Position numbers and translations under genes: made by a program | Assembly (NCBI GenBank): GCA_027066325.1 | Contig: JAMONY010000011.1 | Span: 55,384 to 119,383, forward strand | Length of the DNA stretch: 64,000 bases | Reading direction: 5' to 3' | Origin: Helicobacteraceae bacterium | GTDB lineage: Bacteria > Campylobacterota > Campylobacteria > Campylobacterales > Sulfurimonadaceae | The notes under the pieces: generated by a model | Told to the model about the DNA's origin: nothing | The model's database searches: none | The model's input: only the letters and a program-made list of their open reading frames with translations | Shown here: piece by piece, positions 30,601 through 39,816 of the stretch | How the letters are laid out: every line of letters starts with the position of its first letter | Position numbering within the stretch: the stretch's first letter is position 1

Positions 30601-31844
30601 TAGCGTGTCTGTCCACTTCCGTATACTATGTATTTGTAGGTTGTTAGCCCCTCTATGCCCATAGGTCCACGCGCATGTAGCTTATTGGTAGATATGCCAA
30701 CTTCAGCGCCAAACCCAAAAGCCCCACCATCTGTAAATCTAGTAGAGGCGTTAAGATAAAGAGCAGCCGCATCTATGAGGTTTAAGAACTTCTGTGCGGT
30801 TGTTATATTTTCAGTGATAATCGCCTCAGAGTGCCCAGATCCATAGCGTCTTATATGTTCTATGGCACCATCTACGCCATCTACTACTGCGATATTGAGT
30901 ATATTGGCTAGATACTCAGTGTTAAAATCTGCCTCATTAGCTTTAGGTATATCTATAAGCACTACTGTCTTCTCACACCCTTTTAGTTCAGTCTGTAACT
31001 TAGTAAATCTATCCATAATCTCTTGCATGATATCTGCTGCTATCTTCTCATCAACCAAAAGTGTCTCCATGGCATTGCAGACACCTGGTCGTTGAGTTTT
31101 TGCATTTATGGCTATATTTAACGCCTTTTCTATATCCGCATCTGCGTCTATATAGGTGTGACATAGCCCTTTGTCATGTTTGATGACGCTTACAGTTGCA
31201 TTTTTGCTCACAAACTCTATAAGCCCAGCTCCACCACGCGGTATGATCAGATCTACATACTGATCCATCTTTATCAGTTTGGCAACACCAGCTCTTGATG
31301 GATCACTTATAAGCGAGATGAGTGCTGTTGGCAAAGAGTTCTGCTTTAGTACACTTTGAAGTACTTTAGCTATTGCTACATTGGAGTGTTCTGCCTCTTT
31401 GCCACCTTTGAGTATGCAGACATTGGAGCTCTTAAAACATAACGCAGCAGTATCTGATGTGACATTAGGACGCGACTCATAGATGATACCTACAACTCCA
31501 ATAGGTATGCTTACCTTCTCAATCTTAAGATCATTTTCATTAATCCAGCCATCTAGTACTCTACCAACAGGCTCTTTAAGGGCCGCAATCTGCTCAACCG
31601 CAACTGCCATAGACTCTATGCGCGCCTCATCAAGATAGAGTCTATCAACTAAAGCAGCACTAAGATTAGACTCTTTTGCTAATAACATATCTGCTCTATT
31701 TGCTTCTAAAATTTCTGCTGATTTTTCCCTTAGAGCTTCTGCCATCTCAAGTAGTATAGCAGTTTTTTTGGCGGAACTAAGCTCTAGCAACTTAGAGCTA
31801 GCAGCAACCGCCTCTTCTAAAAATCTCTCCAAAATACCCTCCAT
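30600..31844 (-). CDS. proA: Gamma-glutamyl phosphate reductase
   Basis: The ALDH-fold ProA pattern is present (IYESRPNVT, catalytic Cys in GVCNAMETLLV). The ATG at 31844 is preferred to the GTG at 31862. The stop overlaps the ABC gene start (TAATG). Confidence 0.92.
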   Translation of the reverse strand: MEGILERFLEEAVAASSKLLELSSAKKTAILLEMAEALREKSAEILEANRADMLLAKESNLSAALVDRLYLDEARIESMAVAVEQIAALKEPVGRVLDGWINENDLKIEKVSIPIGVVGIIYESRPNVTSDTAALCFKSSNVCILKGGKEAEHSNVAIAKVLQSVLKQNSLPTALISLISDPSRAGVAKLIKMDQYVDLIIPRGGAGLIEFVSKNATVSVIKHDKGLCHTYIDADADIEKALNIAINAKTQRPGVCNAMETLLVDEKIAADIMQEIMDRFTKLQTELKGCEKTVVLIDIPKANEADFNTEYLANILNIAVVDGVDGAIEHIRRYGSGHSEAIITENITTAQKFLNLIDAAALYLNASTRFTDGGAFGFGAEVGISTNKLHARGPMGIEGLTTYKYIVYGSGQTR

Positions 31845-32038
31845 TGTAACTATATATATCACCTTTGAGTTGTCTGTAGATATCTAAAAACCAACCCCGA
31901 TAATCTTTTATGTAGAAGTATAACATTATTACTTAGTCAACTACAATGTATCCTTCTATTGAGACTGCTTAACCCAATGTTCGCATTTTATAACTTTTAG
32001 CAATAGCGAGTCTATTGAATCTGTAATTAAATCTAGCT

Positions 32039-33292
32039 CTATACTAGTGTCAACAACACAACCAACAAAACAGGTGGTGTTACAATCAAACCAAACTTTG
32101 AGTATTGCCAAAAGCTTATCTTTACACCTTTTTGGTTTAGGGTATGAAGCCATAGTAGAGTTGCTAAAGAGCCAAATGGTGTCATCTTAGGACCTAGATT
32201 ACAGCCTACTATATTTGCATATATCATAGCAGAGTTTCCTATATCTTTTAGTGCTATATCCATCACCATAATTGTTGGCATGTTATTCATAAAGGCACTT
32301 AAGATTGCACTCATAAATCCTGTTCCTAAAACTGCTATCAAATCTCCCTTTGCATTAAGTGTTACAAGAGCAGTGGTTAGATACTCTGTAAGTCCTGCAT
32401 TTTTAAGTCCATATACAACTATATAAAGCCCCAGACTAAACCAGACAACTTGCCATGGAGCATTTTTAATGATTTTTATAGGTTCAACTGTTTTAGCCAT
32501 AGTTGAGATAAGAAGAAAAATTAATCCTCCACCAAGGGCAAAAACAGATATAGGGATATTATAAGCATCTCCTATAAAATAGCCTATAAGCAAAAGTGCT
32601 AAAAAAATCCATGAGAAGTAAAAAAGTGTTCTGTTTTTCAGAACACTCTGAGGCGATTTTAGAAGGTCAATATCCACAGTTTTTGGTATATCTTTTCCAA
32701 GCACTAAAAGAAGCACTATAATTGTAACAATAACACTAACTATAAAAGGAATTATCATGTTTGAAAAGTACTCTAAAAATCCAATATCAAAGTAGTTTGC
32801 TGTTACGATATTTGTAAGATTTGAAAATACAAAAGGCAGAGATGCACTATCGCTTATAAAGCCACCTGCAAGTAAAAATGCCAAGATTGTCTTTAGATTG
32901 AGTTTTAGTATCTGCATCTTTGCCAAAAGTATGGGAGTTAGTATCAAAGCTGCTCCATCATTTGCAAAAAGAGCTGAAACCAGTGCTCCAAGAAGTATGG
33001 AGTAGACAAACATCTTTACACCACTACCATTTGAAAACTTAGCCATCTTAAGAGCACACCACTCAAAAAATCCAATCTCATCAAGAACTAAAGAGAGTAT
33101 AATGATACCGATAAATGCCAGTGTCGCATCCCAGACTATATCCCAAACTACAAATAGATCACCAAAGCTTACAACTCCAAAAATATATGCTACTAAAGCT
33201 CCAATAACTGCAGTAGTTCCTATCTGAAGTCCTTTGGGTTGCCAGATGATAAAAAGAAGGGTAACTAAAAATATAGCACTAGCTAAGAGCAT
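32039..33292 (-). CDS. arsB: Arsenite efflux permease (ArsB/NhaD superfamily)
   Basis: 417 aa, about 10-12 TM helices. In an operon with arsC and arsR (14-nt overlap). Confidence 0.8.
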   Translation of the reverse strand: MLLASAIFLVTLLFIIWQPKGLQIGTTAVIGALVAYIFGVVSFGDLFVVWDIVWDATLAFIGIIILSLVLDEIGFFEWCALKMAKFSNGSGVKMFVYSILLGALVSALFANDGAALILTPILLAKMQILKLNLKTILAFLLAGGFISDSASLPFVFSNLTNIVTANYFDIGFLEYFSNMIIPFIVSVIVTIIVLLLVLGKDIPKTVDIDLLKSPQSVLKNRTLFYFSWIFLALLLIGYFIGDAYNIPISVFALGGGLIFLLISTMAKTVEPIKIIKNAPWQVVWFSLGLYIVVYGLKNAGLTEYLTTALVTLNAKGDLIAVLGTGFMSAILSAFMNNMPTIMVMDIALKDIGNSAMIYANIVGCNLGPKMTPFGSLATLLWLHTLNQKGVKISFWQYSKFGLIVTPPVLLVVLLTLV

Positions 33293-33680
33293 TTTTTACC
33301 TCTTTTAAGAGTCGGTTTTTTATCTCCTTGTAAGTTCTCTCAAAAGCTTCAAAACCCTCTCCATCAGGATCTTCAAATCCTACATGGATAACTTTGGTTT
33401 TTTTGGGAAATATGGGGCAGCTCTCTTTTGCACTATCACATACAGTAACTACTAAATCAAAATCTATATCTATAACTTTATCTAAATGTTTAGAGTAGTA
33501 TCTGCTACTATTGATGCTATTTTGGTTTAAGACCTTTTTAGCATTTTCATTAACTTTGCCAATTGGTTTAACTCCACAACTATAAGCTTGTATACCATCT
33601 AAAAAATGATCTATCAAAGCCTCACCTATGATAGATCTACAACTATTACCTGTACACATAATAAGAACTTTTTTATCCAT
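33279..33680 (-). CDS. arsC: Arsenate reductase, LMW-PTPase (thioredoxin-coupled) type
   Basis: 133 aa. P-loop CTGNSCRS (CX5R) and downstream Cys residues (TVCDSAKESCP). Confidence 0.88.
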   Translation of the reverse strand: MDKKVLIMCTGNSCRSIIGEALIDHFLDGIQAYSCGVKPIGKVNENAKKVLNQNSINSSRYYSKHLDKVIDIDFDLVVTVCDSAKESCPIFPKKTKVIHVGFEDPDGEGFEAFERTYKEIKNRLLKEVKNALS

Positions 33681-33987
33681 CTTTACTGCATCCTCTGCTC
33701 ATTTTTGGTATGTCTAATTTGAGATAGCTAATCTCTTTTAAGATACTCTGTCTAAATTTATCAAGAGGAGTTTGTAGGCTATAGTAAGCCCATCGTCCCT
33801 CTCTACTTACTTTTAAAAATCCTGCCTCTTTTAAGATCTTTAGATGTCTGGAGACTCTAGACTGTATCATCTTGAATGAATTTTCGATATCACAAACACA
33901 GACTTCACCATGTCTGTCTATAAATCTAACTATTTTGACTCTTGTCTCATCATTTATTGAGCCAACTGTTTTTAGGAATGTATCCAT
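33673..33987 (-). CDS. arsR: ArsR/SmtB family metalloregulatory repressor
   Basis: 104 aa. CVCD metalloid-binding motif and a wHTH (QSRVSRHLKILKEAGFL). Confidence 0.88.
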   Translation of the reverse strand: MDTFLKTVGSINDETRVKIVRFIDRHGEVCVCDIENSFKMIQSRVSRHLKILKEAGFLKVSREGRWAYYSLQTPLDKFRQSILKEISYLKLDIPKMSRGCSKDG

Positions 33988-34027
33988 GTTTTTAGCCTTT
34001 TTATCTATGTTGGTTCGGTATTGTACT

Positions 34028-34059
34028 ATCTATACATTAAGATATCTTGATATATAGAT
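34028..34059. promoter_or_regulatory. 32-bp near-perfect palindrome, candidate ArsR operator
   Basis: In ATCTATACATTAAGATATCTTGATATATAGAT, 14 of 16 positions pair. It lies 41-72 nt upstream of the arsR ATG and abuts a TACAAT -10-like hexamer on the minus strand. Confidence 0.5.
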
Positions 34060-34230
34060 ATAAAAGCAATTTTTCTTAAAAGTTACTTGAGTAAAACCAT
34101 CAAGATAGTAGCATACTTCTTGAGTAAATCGCCCTGTTTTAGGCATTTACAAAAAGGTTTACATTCTGCTATAATGCGATCAAAACATAGAGATTGACCA
34201 TAATTTTGGTTTATAGAAATAGGAGAGAGT

Positions 34231-35655
34231 ATGTTGAAATCAGTTGTGATAATTACTCTACTTTTTACTCTTGCAGATGCGGTTGAGAATCTGCCTTTAA
34301 GTAGCGCGCTTGAGATAGCAAAGAGGCAAAATCTATCTCTTAGTATGGCTAGGTTAGAGCAGAAGATTAAAAGTAGCGATGTAGATATAGCCCAAGGGTA
34401 CAGGTACGGAAAGTTAGATGCCACAATCTCAGCGCTTAGGTCTAATGATGCAGGTAATGTGTTTGGCTTTAAGCTTCAAAGTCGTGAAGCATCATTTGGA
34501 GATTTTGGATTTGATCAGTTTATGAGCTCTTTTGGAGCTGCTATGATGGATAGTAGTGGCAACCTAGGTGACTTTGAAAATTTTGCAGCCAATCTCTCAA
34601 GCGCAGAGGCACAAGCGCAACTTTTAAACACAGAGCCAGACGCGCTTAACTATCCAGGAGATCGTAACCATTTTGATGTTAAATTGAGCTATCAAGTTCC
34701 TCTGTATACAGCTGGAAAATTAGGTTATTATAAAAACATAGCACAGAACATGCACCTTCTAAGCTCTTTAGATAGGGAGCAGGTGGCACTCAACATAGAG
34801 CAAGATGTTAAAAAAGCCTACTATGATATATCACTTCTGACAAGTCTACTTAAAGATCTTGCAAAGATGCAGACCAATATCTCTAAGCTTAAAGATAGCG
34901 TAGAGCAGATGCAGTTAGAGGGGTATGCTAAAAATACAGATATCTTAGAGGTTGAGTCAAAGTTATCAAATGTGACACGAATGTTAGATCAGAGCAGGTC
35001 GTACAGAGAGCTCTCTTATCAGTTTTTGAGCTTTTTATTAAATGAGCGTGTAGACTCCATAGAGTTTGTTGATTTAGATAGCGCCTTTAAATTGCTAAGC
35101 AAAGAGAGTATCTTGCAAAATAGTACAGATATAAAAAAGGCTAAGCTTGGTGTAGAGATTCATGCTCTTATGTTAAAGGTAGCCAAGTCTGCATACTACC
35201 GACCAGAAGTTGGTGCATTTGTTGAGTATGGTAGCAGTGATGATCAGTTTTTAAATCAGTTTTTTGACCATGATAGATATACGGCTGGTCTACAGCTAAA
35301 CTACAACCTTTTTAATGGTGGAGTAGATAGAGCAAAGGTGGAGCAACAACGCCTTGCACTGTTAAAGAGTCAGCAACAGATGCAGCTAGCCAAAGAGGGA
35401 ATAGCTCTAAAAGCATCTAAGATCTTAACACAAATAAGCAATCTAGATCTACAGATACAGAGCCTGCGTAAAGAGCTAGAGCTAGCTGAGCAGATATATA
35501 ACTCATATCAGGAGCGCTACAAAGAGGGTCTTAGCTCTATTAACGATACTCTTATAAAACAGTCGCTTCATCTACAGAAGATATTAGAGCTTAAAGAGTC
35601 GCAAAATAGACGACAAGAAGCAGTACTACAACTACTAAAATTAGCACAGGAGTAA
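34231..35655 (+). CDS. TolC-family outer membrane efflux protein
   Basis: 474 aa. Signal peptide and two OEP-type coiled-coil/beta repeats. Confidence 0.85.
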   Translation: MLKSVVIITLLFTLADAVENLPLSSALEIAKRQNLSLSMARLEQKIKSSDVDIAQGYRYGKLDATISALRSNDAGNVFGFKLQSREASFGDFGFDQFMSSFGAAMMDSSGNLGDFENFAANLSSAEAQAQLLNTEPDALNYPGDRNHFDVKLSYQVPLYTAGKLGYYKNIAQNMHLLSSLDREQVALNIEQDVKKAYYDISLLTSLLKDLAKMQTNISKLKDSVEQMQLEGYAKNTDILEVESKLSNVTRMLDQSRSYRELSYQFLSFLLNERVDSIEFVDLDSAFKLLSKESILQNSTDIKKAKLGVEIHALMLKVAKSAYYRPEVGAFVEYGSSDDQFLNQFFDHDRYTAGLQLNYNLFNGGVDRAKVEQQRLALLKSQQQMQLAKEGIALKASKILTQISNLDLQIQSLRKELELAEQIYNSYQERYKEGLSSINDTLIKQSLHLQKILELKESQNRRQEAVLQLLKLAQE

Positions 35656-35658
35656 AGA

Positions 35659-36453
35659 ATGAGAGAGATATTTGCAATACTACTATTGGGTACTTTAGCG
35701 CTACAGGCTGCTAATATTGAACTATCTGGCACAGTTGTTTCAGACAATAAAAAGATGCTTACTTCAAGATATATGGGGTTTGTGCAAGGTGTCTATGTGA
35801 GCGAGGGAGAGAGTGTTAAAAAAGGCAAGCTACTATATGTGATAGACTCAAAAGAGATTGATAGTGCTGTCTCACAAGTTGAGCTAGCTATACAGCAGGC
35901 TAGATTGTCGTTGCAGATGTATCAAAACCAACACACCAATGTCCTCTTGAATCTTGAGAGAAATAGAAGGCTATATAAAAAACAGATGGTCTCAAAGTAT
36001 GAGCTTGAGACACTTGAGTTGGCAGAGAAAAATCTAAATGACATGGTTAAAGTTGCCAAAAAACAGGTTAGACAGGCTCAAATTAAACTTCAAGAGGTAA
36101 AAAATCAGTACAACTATCTTAAAGTAAAAGCACCAAATGATGGTGTGATAGTGCAAAAAAATATCAATGCTGGTGAGATGGCAATGCCTGGTATGCCTGC
36201 GCTTGTGTTGACCGACCTATCGGCATTGAGTATAGTTGCTGAGATATCTGAAAGTGCACTTAAAGATGTAAGTGTTGGTAAAGATGTGAAGGTCTATATA
36301 GGCTCTATGGATCTAAGCACAACTGGTAAAATTAGCGCTATTATTCCAAGTTCAAATCCTATGACACACTCATTTCGAATTAAGATAGCATTTGATAAAA
36401 AAGGTAAGACAATTTATCCTGGAATGTATGCAAAGATAGAGATAGGTAGATGA
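35659..36453 (+). CDS. Efflux RND periplasmic adaptor (MFP/HlyD_D23 family), unusually short
   Basis: 264 aa. Signal peptide, lipoyl-like half motifs (VKKGKLLYVIDS ... VKAPNDGVIV), an alpha-hairpin and a beta-barrel. It ends without a membrane-proximal domain. Confidence 0.8.
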   Translation: MREIFAILLLGTLALQAANIELSGTVVSDNKKMLTSRYMGFVQGVYVSEGESVKKGKLLYVIDSKEIDSAVSQVELAIQQARLSLQMYQNQHTNVLLNLERNRRLYKKQMVSKYELETLELAEKNLNDMVKVAKKQVRQAQIKLQEVKNQYNYLKVKAPNDGVIVQKNINAGEMAMPGMPALVLTDLSALSIVAEISESALKDVSVGKDVKVYIGSMDLSTTGKISAIIPSSNPMTHSFRIKIAFDKKGKTIYPGMYAKIEIGR

Positions 36454-36454
36454 T

Positions 36455-38071
36455 ATGAGTAGAGATATATCACACATTAAGGTTACAGACATAGCAGGCA
36501 GGTTGGCAAAAAGTTTTATCTATAGCCCTCTAACGGCTGTTCTTGCCATATTTTTACTAGCTCTTGGTTACCTAGCTCTTCAGATCACTCCACGCGAAGA
36601 GGATCCGCAGATAGCCATTAGTGGTGGTAGTGTGATAGTGGCACTTCCAGGAGCATCACCTCAAGAGGTTGAGAATGTGATCATTAAGCCACTTGAGAGA
36701 AAATTGCGTGAGATATCTGGAGTTGAACATATATATGGCATTGCTACTGATAATGTTGGTATTGTGAATGTGATGTATCATATAGGTGAAAATAGAGAGG
36801 ATTCAAACCTTAAGCTATATGATAAAGTGATGCAAAATATGGATCTTTTACCAAAAGGTGCTTCTGAGCCACTTTTGAAGCCATTTGATATTGATATTGA
36901 TGTACCCATAGTAACTTTAGCTTTTTATGCCAAAGATGACAGAGTGAGCCAGAGTGAACTTTTCAATATTGTACGCGGTGTGCAGTATGAGTTAAACTCT
37001 ATAGAGAATGTCTCTAAGACAACCCTTGTTGGTGAGAGAAGAGAGCAGTTTAATGTCCAAGTAGATCTATTTAAGCTCTCAGGATACAATCTATCTATGG
37101 GTCAGATTATGGGCTCACTGAAAGCACTTGCTGCTAATGTTCCAGATGTTAAGGCAGATGTGGCAGATGGATCTATAACTGTATTTGGTATAAGAAATGC
37201 GATAGAGAGCGTAGATGATGTCAAAAATGTTATCGTTGCTTCATACATGGGTTCGCCAATATACCTCAAAGATGTAGCTACCGTCACACTAGGCTCTGAT
37301 ATACAAAACAAGCAAGAGGCGCAGTTGAGTAGGTTGATAGATGACAAGTTGAGCAATCCTCAGAGCCAGATCACACTCAATATCTCAAAACTTAAAGGCA
37401 CTAATGCTGTTACGGTTAGTGAGTCTTTGGTGCAGAGGTTAGATGAGCTAAAAGATGAGTTGTCTGCCAAAGGGGTAGGGTATATATTGACAAGAGATTA
37501 TGGTGTGCGTGCAGATGAGGCTGTAAATGAGCTAGTGAGTCACCTGCTTATAACTATCATTATTATTGCTATTGTGCTGGTGATAGCACTTGGCTGGAGA
37601 GAGTCGCTGATAGTCACCTTTACTGTTCCTGCCATACTTGCAATTACGCTATTTGTAGCCTATTTGACTGATCAGACTATTAACCGTATTACGCTATTTG
37701 CTTTTCTGCTCTCGCTTGGACTGCTCGTTGATGCTGCCATCATAGTGATAGAAAATATCCATAGGCATCTACATAGTCACGACGCAATAGATAAGCCTAA
37801 AGATGAGATAATGATAGAGGCTACTGATGAGATTGGAGCACCTACTAATGTTGCTACAGTGGCTATTATCCTCACTATGGTGCCTATGGCGTTTGTTGGT
37901 GGTATGATGGGTGAATTTATGAAGCCCATACCTTACAATGTACCTGTGGCGCTGTTTGCCTCATTGGCGGTAGCGTATATCTTTACACCATATCTAGCAA
38001 ATAAGATGCTAAAAAAACCAAAAATGCACCACCATCAACACTCCGCTAAGAGTGATAAGGAGCTATCATGA
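36455..38071 (+). CDS. RND efflux permease, N-terminal half (TM1-6 plus first periplasmic loop)
   Basis: 538 aa. AcrB/CzcA-like N-terminus (TPREEDPQI) and the TM4 region LGLLVDAAIIVIENI. His-rich tail KMHHHQH. Confidence 0.85.
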   Translation: MSRDISHIKVTDIAGRLAKSFIYSPLTAVLAIFLLALGYLALQITPREEDPQIAISGGSVIVALPGASPQEVENVIIKPLERKLREISGVEHIYGIATDNVGIVNVMYHIGENREDSNLKLYDKVMQNMDLLPKGASEPLLKPFDIDIDVPIVTLAFYAKDDRVSQSELFNIVRGVQYELNSIENVSKTTLVGERREQFNVQVDLFKLSGYNLSMGQIMGSLKALAANVPDVKADVADGSITVFGIRNAIESVDDVKNVIVASYMGSPIYLKDVATVTLGSDIQNKQEAQLSRLIDDKLSNPQSQITLNISKLKGTNAVTVSESLVQRLDELKDELSAKGVGYILTRDYGVRADEAVNELVSHLLITIIIIAIVLVIALGWRESLIVTFTVPAILAITLFVAYLTDQTINRITLFAFLLSLGLLVDAAIIVIENIHRHLHSHDAIDKPKDEIMIEATDEIGAPTNVATVAIILTMVPMAFVGGMMGEFMKPIPYNVPVALFASLAVAYIFTPYLANKMLKKPKMHHHQHSAKSDKELS

Positions 38072-39738
38072 AGTGGTTAGAGGAGTGGATATATAGTGCT
38101 ATTGGTTCAAGGTTTAAGAGGTATATGATTATCTTACTGACTCTCTTAGCTCTATTTTTATCTGTATTGATGTTGCCCGCAGAGTTAGTGTTAGCAAAGA
38201 TGTTGCCAGGTAAGAGTGCAAATACGCTAACCATCTATGTAGATACACCGATCAATAGCTCTATAGCTCAGACAAAAGAGGTGACAAGCTGTATAGTAGA
38301 TATCTTAAAAAAAGAGTCTCAAATCACAGATATAGAGATATTTTTAGCTCAAGGTGCTCCTCTTGATTATGCAGGACTTGTTAAGGGCTCTACCCTTAAA
38401 AGAGGTGAAAATCTTGCAGAGATAGTTGTGAACTTAACCGACAAGCACACCAGAGAAGAGCCATCATATCTTATGAGCGGTAGATTGAGAGATACTATCA
38501 ATAGTGGTTGCATATCTTTAGTGGATGGGACAAACATTAAGATGATAGAGCAGCCTGCGGGACCACCAACTCTAGCCTCTATCGTTGTAGAGCTGTATGG
38601 CGGCTCAATGGAGTCTCAAAGAGCTTTAGCATTAAAGATAGAGCAGATCTTAAAAGATACAGATGGTCTTGTAGATGTTGATGTGATGCAAGATGAGATA
38701 TATAGACGCTACGAACTTGTTGTCAATCAAGAGAAAATAGCACGCTCAGGTGTCTCAATAGAGCAGCTCAACAACATACTGTATTTGGCGTTTGAAGGCA
38801 TGAGTATAGCTGTTAAAAACTCTAAGAACTCAGCAGATCAGATACCTATATATCTAGTATTGAGTGATGAGACAAAAGAGCTTAGTGTGGACTCAAAAGA
38901 TGCGCTAGAGCAGAAGATAGCATCACTTAGACTTATGAACAAGAGTGGGATGATGGTTCCTGTTAGTGAGTTGGTACAGATAGTACAAACCAACAGCAAT
39001 CCTACTAGATTCTCTAAAAATTTAAAACCTATGACTAATATCATAGCAGAGACTAAGATGGTATCTCAGCTCTATCCGCTTCTTGATGCAAGAGCTGTTA
39101 TGATTGAGCAGTTTGAGAGTGAATTTGAGGTAAGCAAAGAGGAGGGGATGTCTACTTATATGTTTGATCTTCATCTAGTTGATAAGCAGACTAAAGAGAG
39201 TTTTTTAATTAGATGGGATGGGGAGATGAAGGTGACGCTAGATACCTTTAGAGACCTTGGTGGTGCATTTATAGCTGCTCTTGTGCTTATATTTTTACTG
39301 CTTGTTATCTACTATAAGAGCTTTGCTATTAGTGCGATTGTTTTAGCCGGTAGTTTTTTATCGATTATAGGTGTTATTGTGGGTCATGCTATAGCAGATC
39401 TTTTTACAGCACAGACATTTTTCCTAACTGCTACATCGCTCATAGGCTTTATTGCTCTTATGGGTATAAGCTCAAGAAACTCTCTGTTGCTTATAGATTT
39501 TGCCATAGCTCTTATCGATAAAAAGATTCCTAAACAGCGTGCTATTGCTATCGCTACTGCAACTAGAGCTAAGCCGATTATATTAACAGCGGTTGCGATC
39601 ATATTGGGAAGTGCACTTTTGGCAACTGATCCTGTTTTTGGAGGCTTAGGTGTGGCACTCATCAGCGGAACCATAGCTGCGGTAGCAGTATCACTGATCT
39701 TTATACCAGTCTTGATGTACAATACCAAATCTATCTAG
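38068..39738 (+). CDS. RND efflux permease, C-terminal half (TM7-12 plus second periplasmic loop)
   Basis: 556 aa. It begins at the inter-repeat linker helix. AAGGAG at 38057-38062 is followed 5 nt later by an ATG that overlaps the upstream TGA (ATGA). The TM10-like segment is GISSRNSLLLIDFA. Confidence 0.85.
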   Translation: MKWLEEWIYSAIGSRFKRYMIILLTLLALFLSVLMLPAELVLAKMLPGKSANTLTIYVDTPINSSIAQTKEVTSCIVDILKKESQITDIEIFLAQGAPLDYAGLVKGSTLKRGENLAEIVVNLTDKHTREEPSYLMSGRLRDTINSGCISLVDGTNIKMIEQPAGPPTLASIVVELYGGSMESQRALALKIEQILKDTDGLVDVDVMQDEIYRRYELVVNQEKIARSGVSIEQLNNILYLAFEGMSIAVKNSKNSADQIPIYLVLSDETKELSVDSKDALEQKIASLRLMNKSGMMVPVSELVQIVQTNSNPTRFSKNLKPMTNIIAETKMVSQLYPLLDARAVMIEQFESEFEVSKEEGMSTYMFDLHLVDKQTKESFLIRWDGEMKVTLDTFRDLGGAFIAALVLIFLLLVIYYKSFAISAIVLAGSFLSIIGVIVGHAIADLFTAQTFFLTATSLIGFIALMGISSRNSLLLIDFAIALIDKKIPKQRAIAIATATRAKPIILTAVAIILGSALLATDPVFGGLGVALISGTIAAVAVSLIFIPVLMYNTKSI

Positions 39739-39816
39739 CTTAGAGATTCTGCTAAGTGTCTCTATCTCTAGTATAAATTATTGAAGTAGTAGAGAAGAAA
39801 TATTTTAGGAGATTGT

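Noticed and set aside
31956-32153. A 65-aa minus-strand ORF at 31956-32153, and a separate 113-aa minus-strand ORF at 34083-34424.
   Set aside because: The first overlaps the arsB 3' end and the second overlaps the TolC-like gene start and its promoter region. Neither has motifs or an SD.
31879-34047. The AGATATCT octamer occurs in both gaps flanking the ars operon (31879-31886 and 34040-34047), so I considered it as possible att-like flanking repeats.
   Set aside because: It is a short AT-rich palindrome that also occurs elsewhere (for example 20210-20217, in the acnB terminator). There are no longer flanking matches and no integrase.
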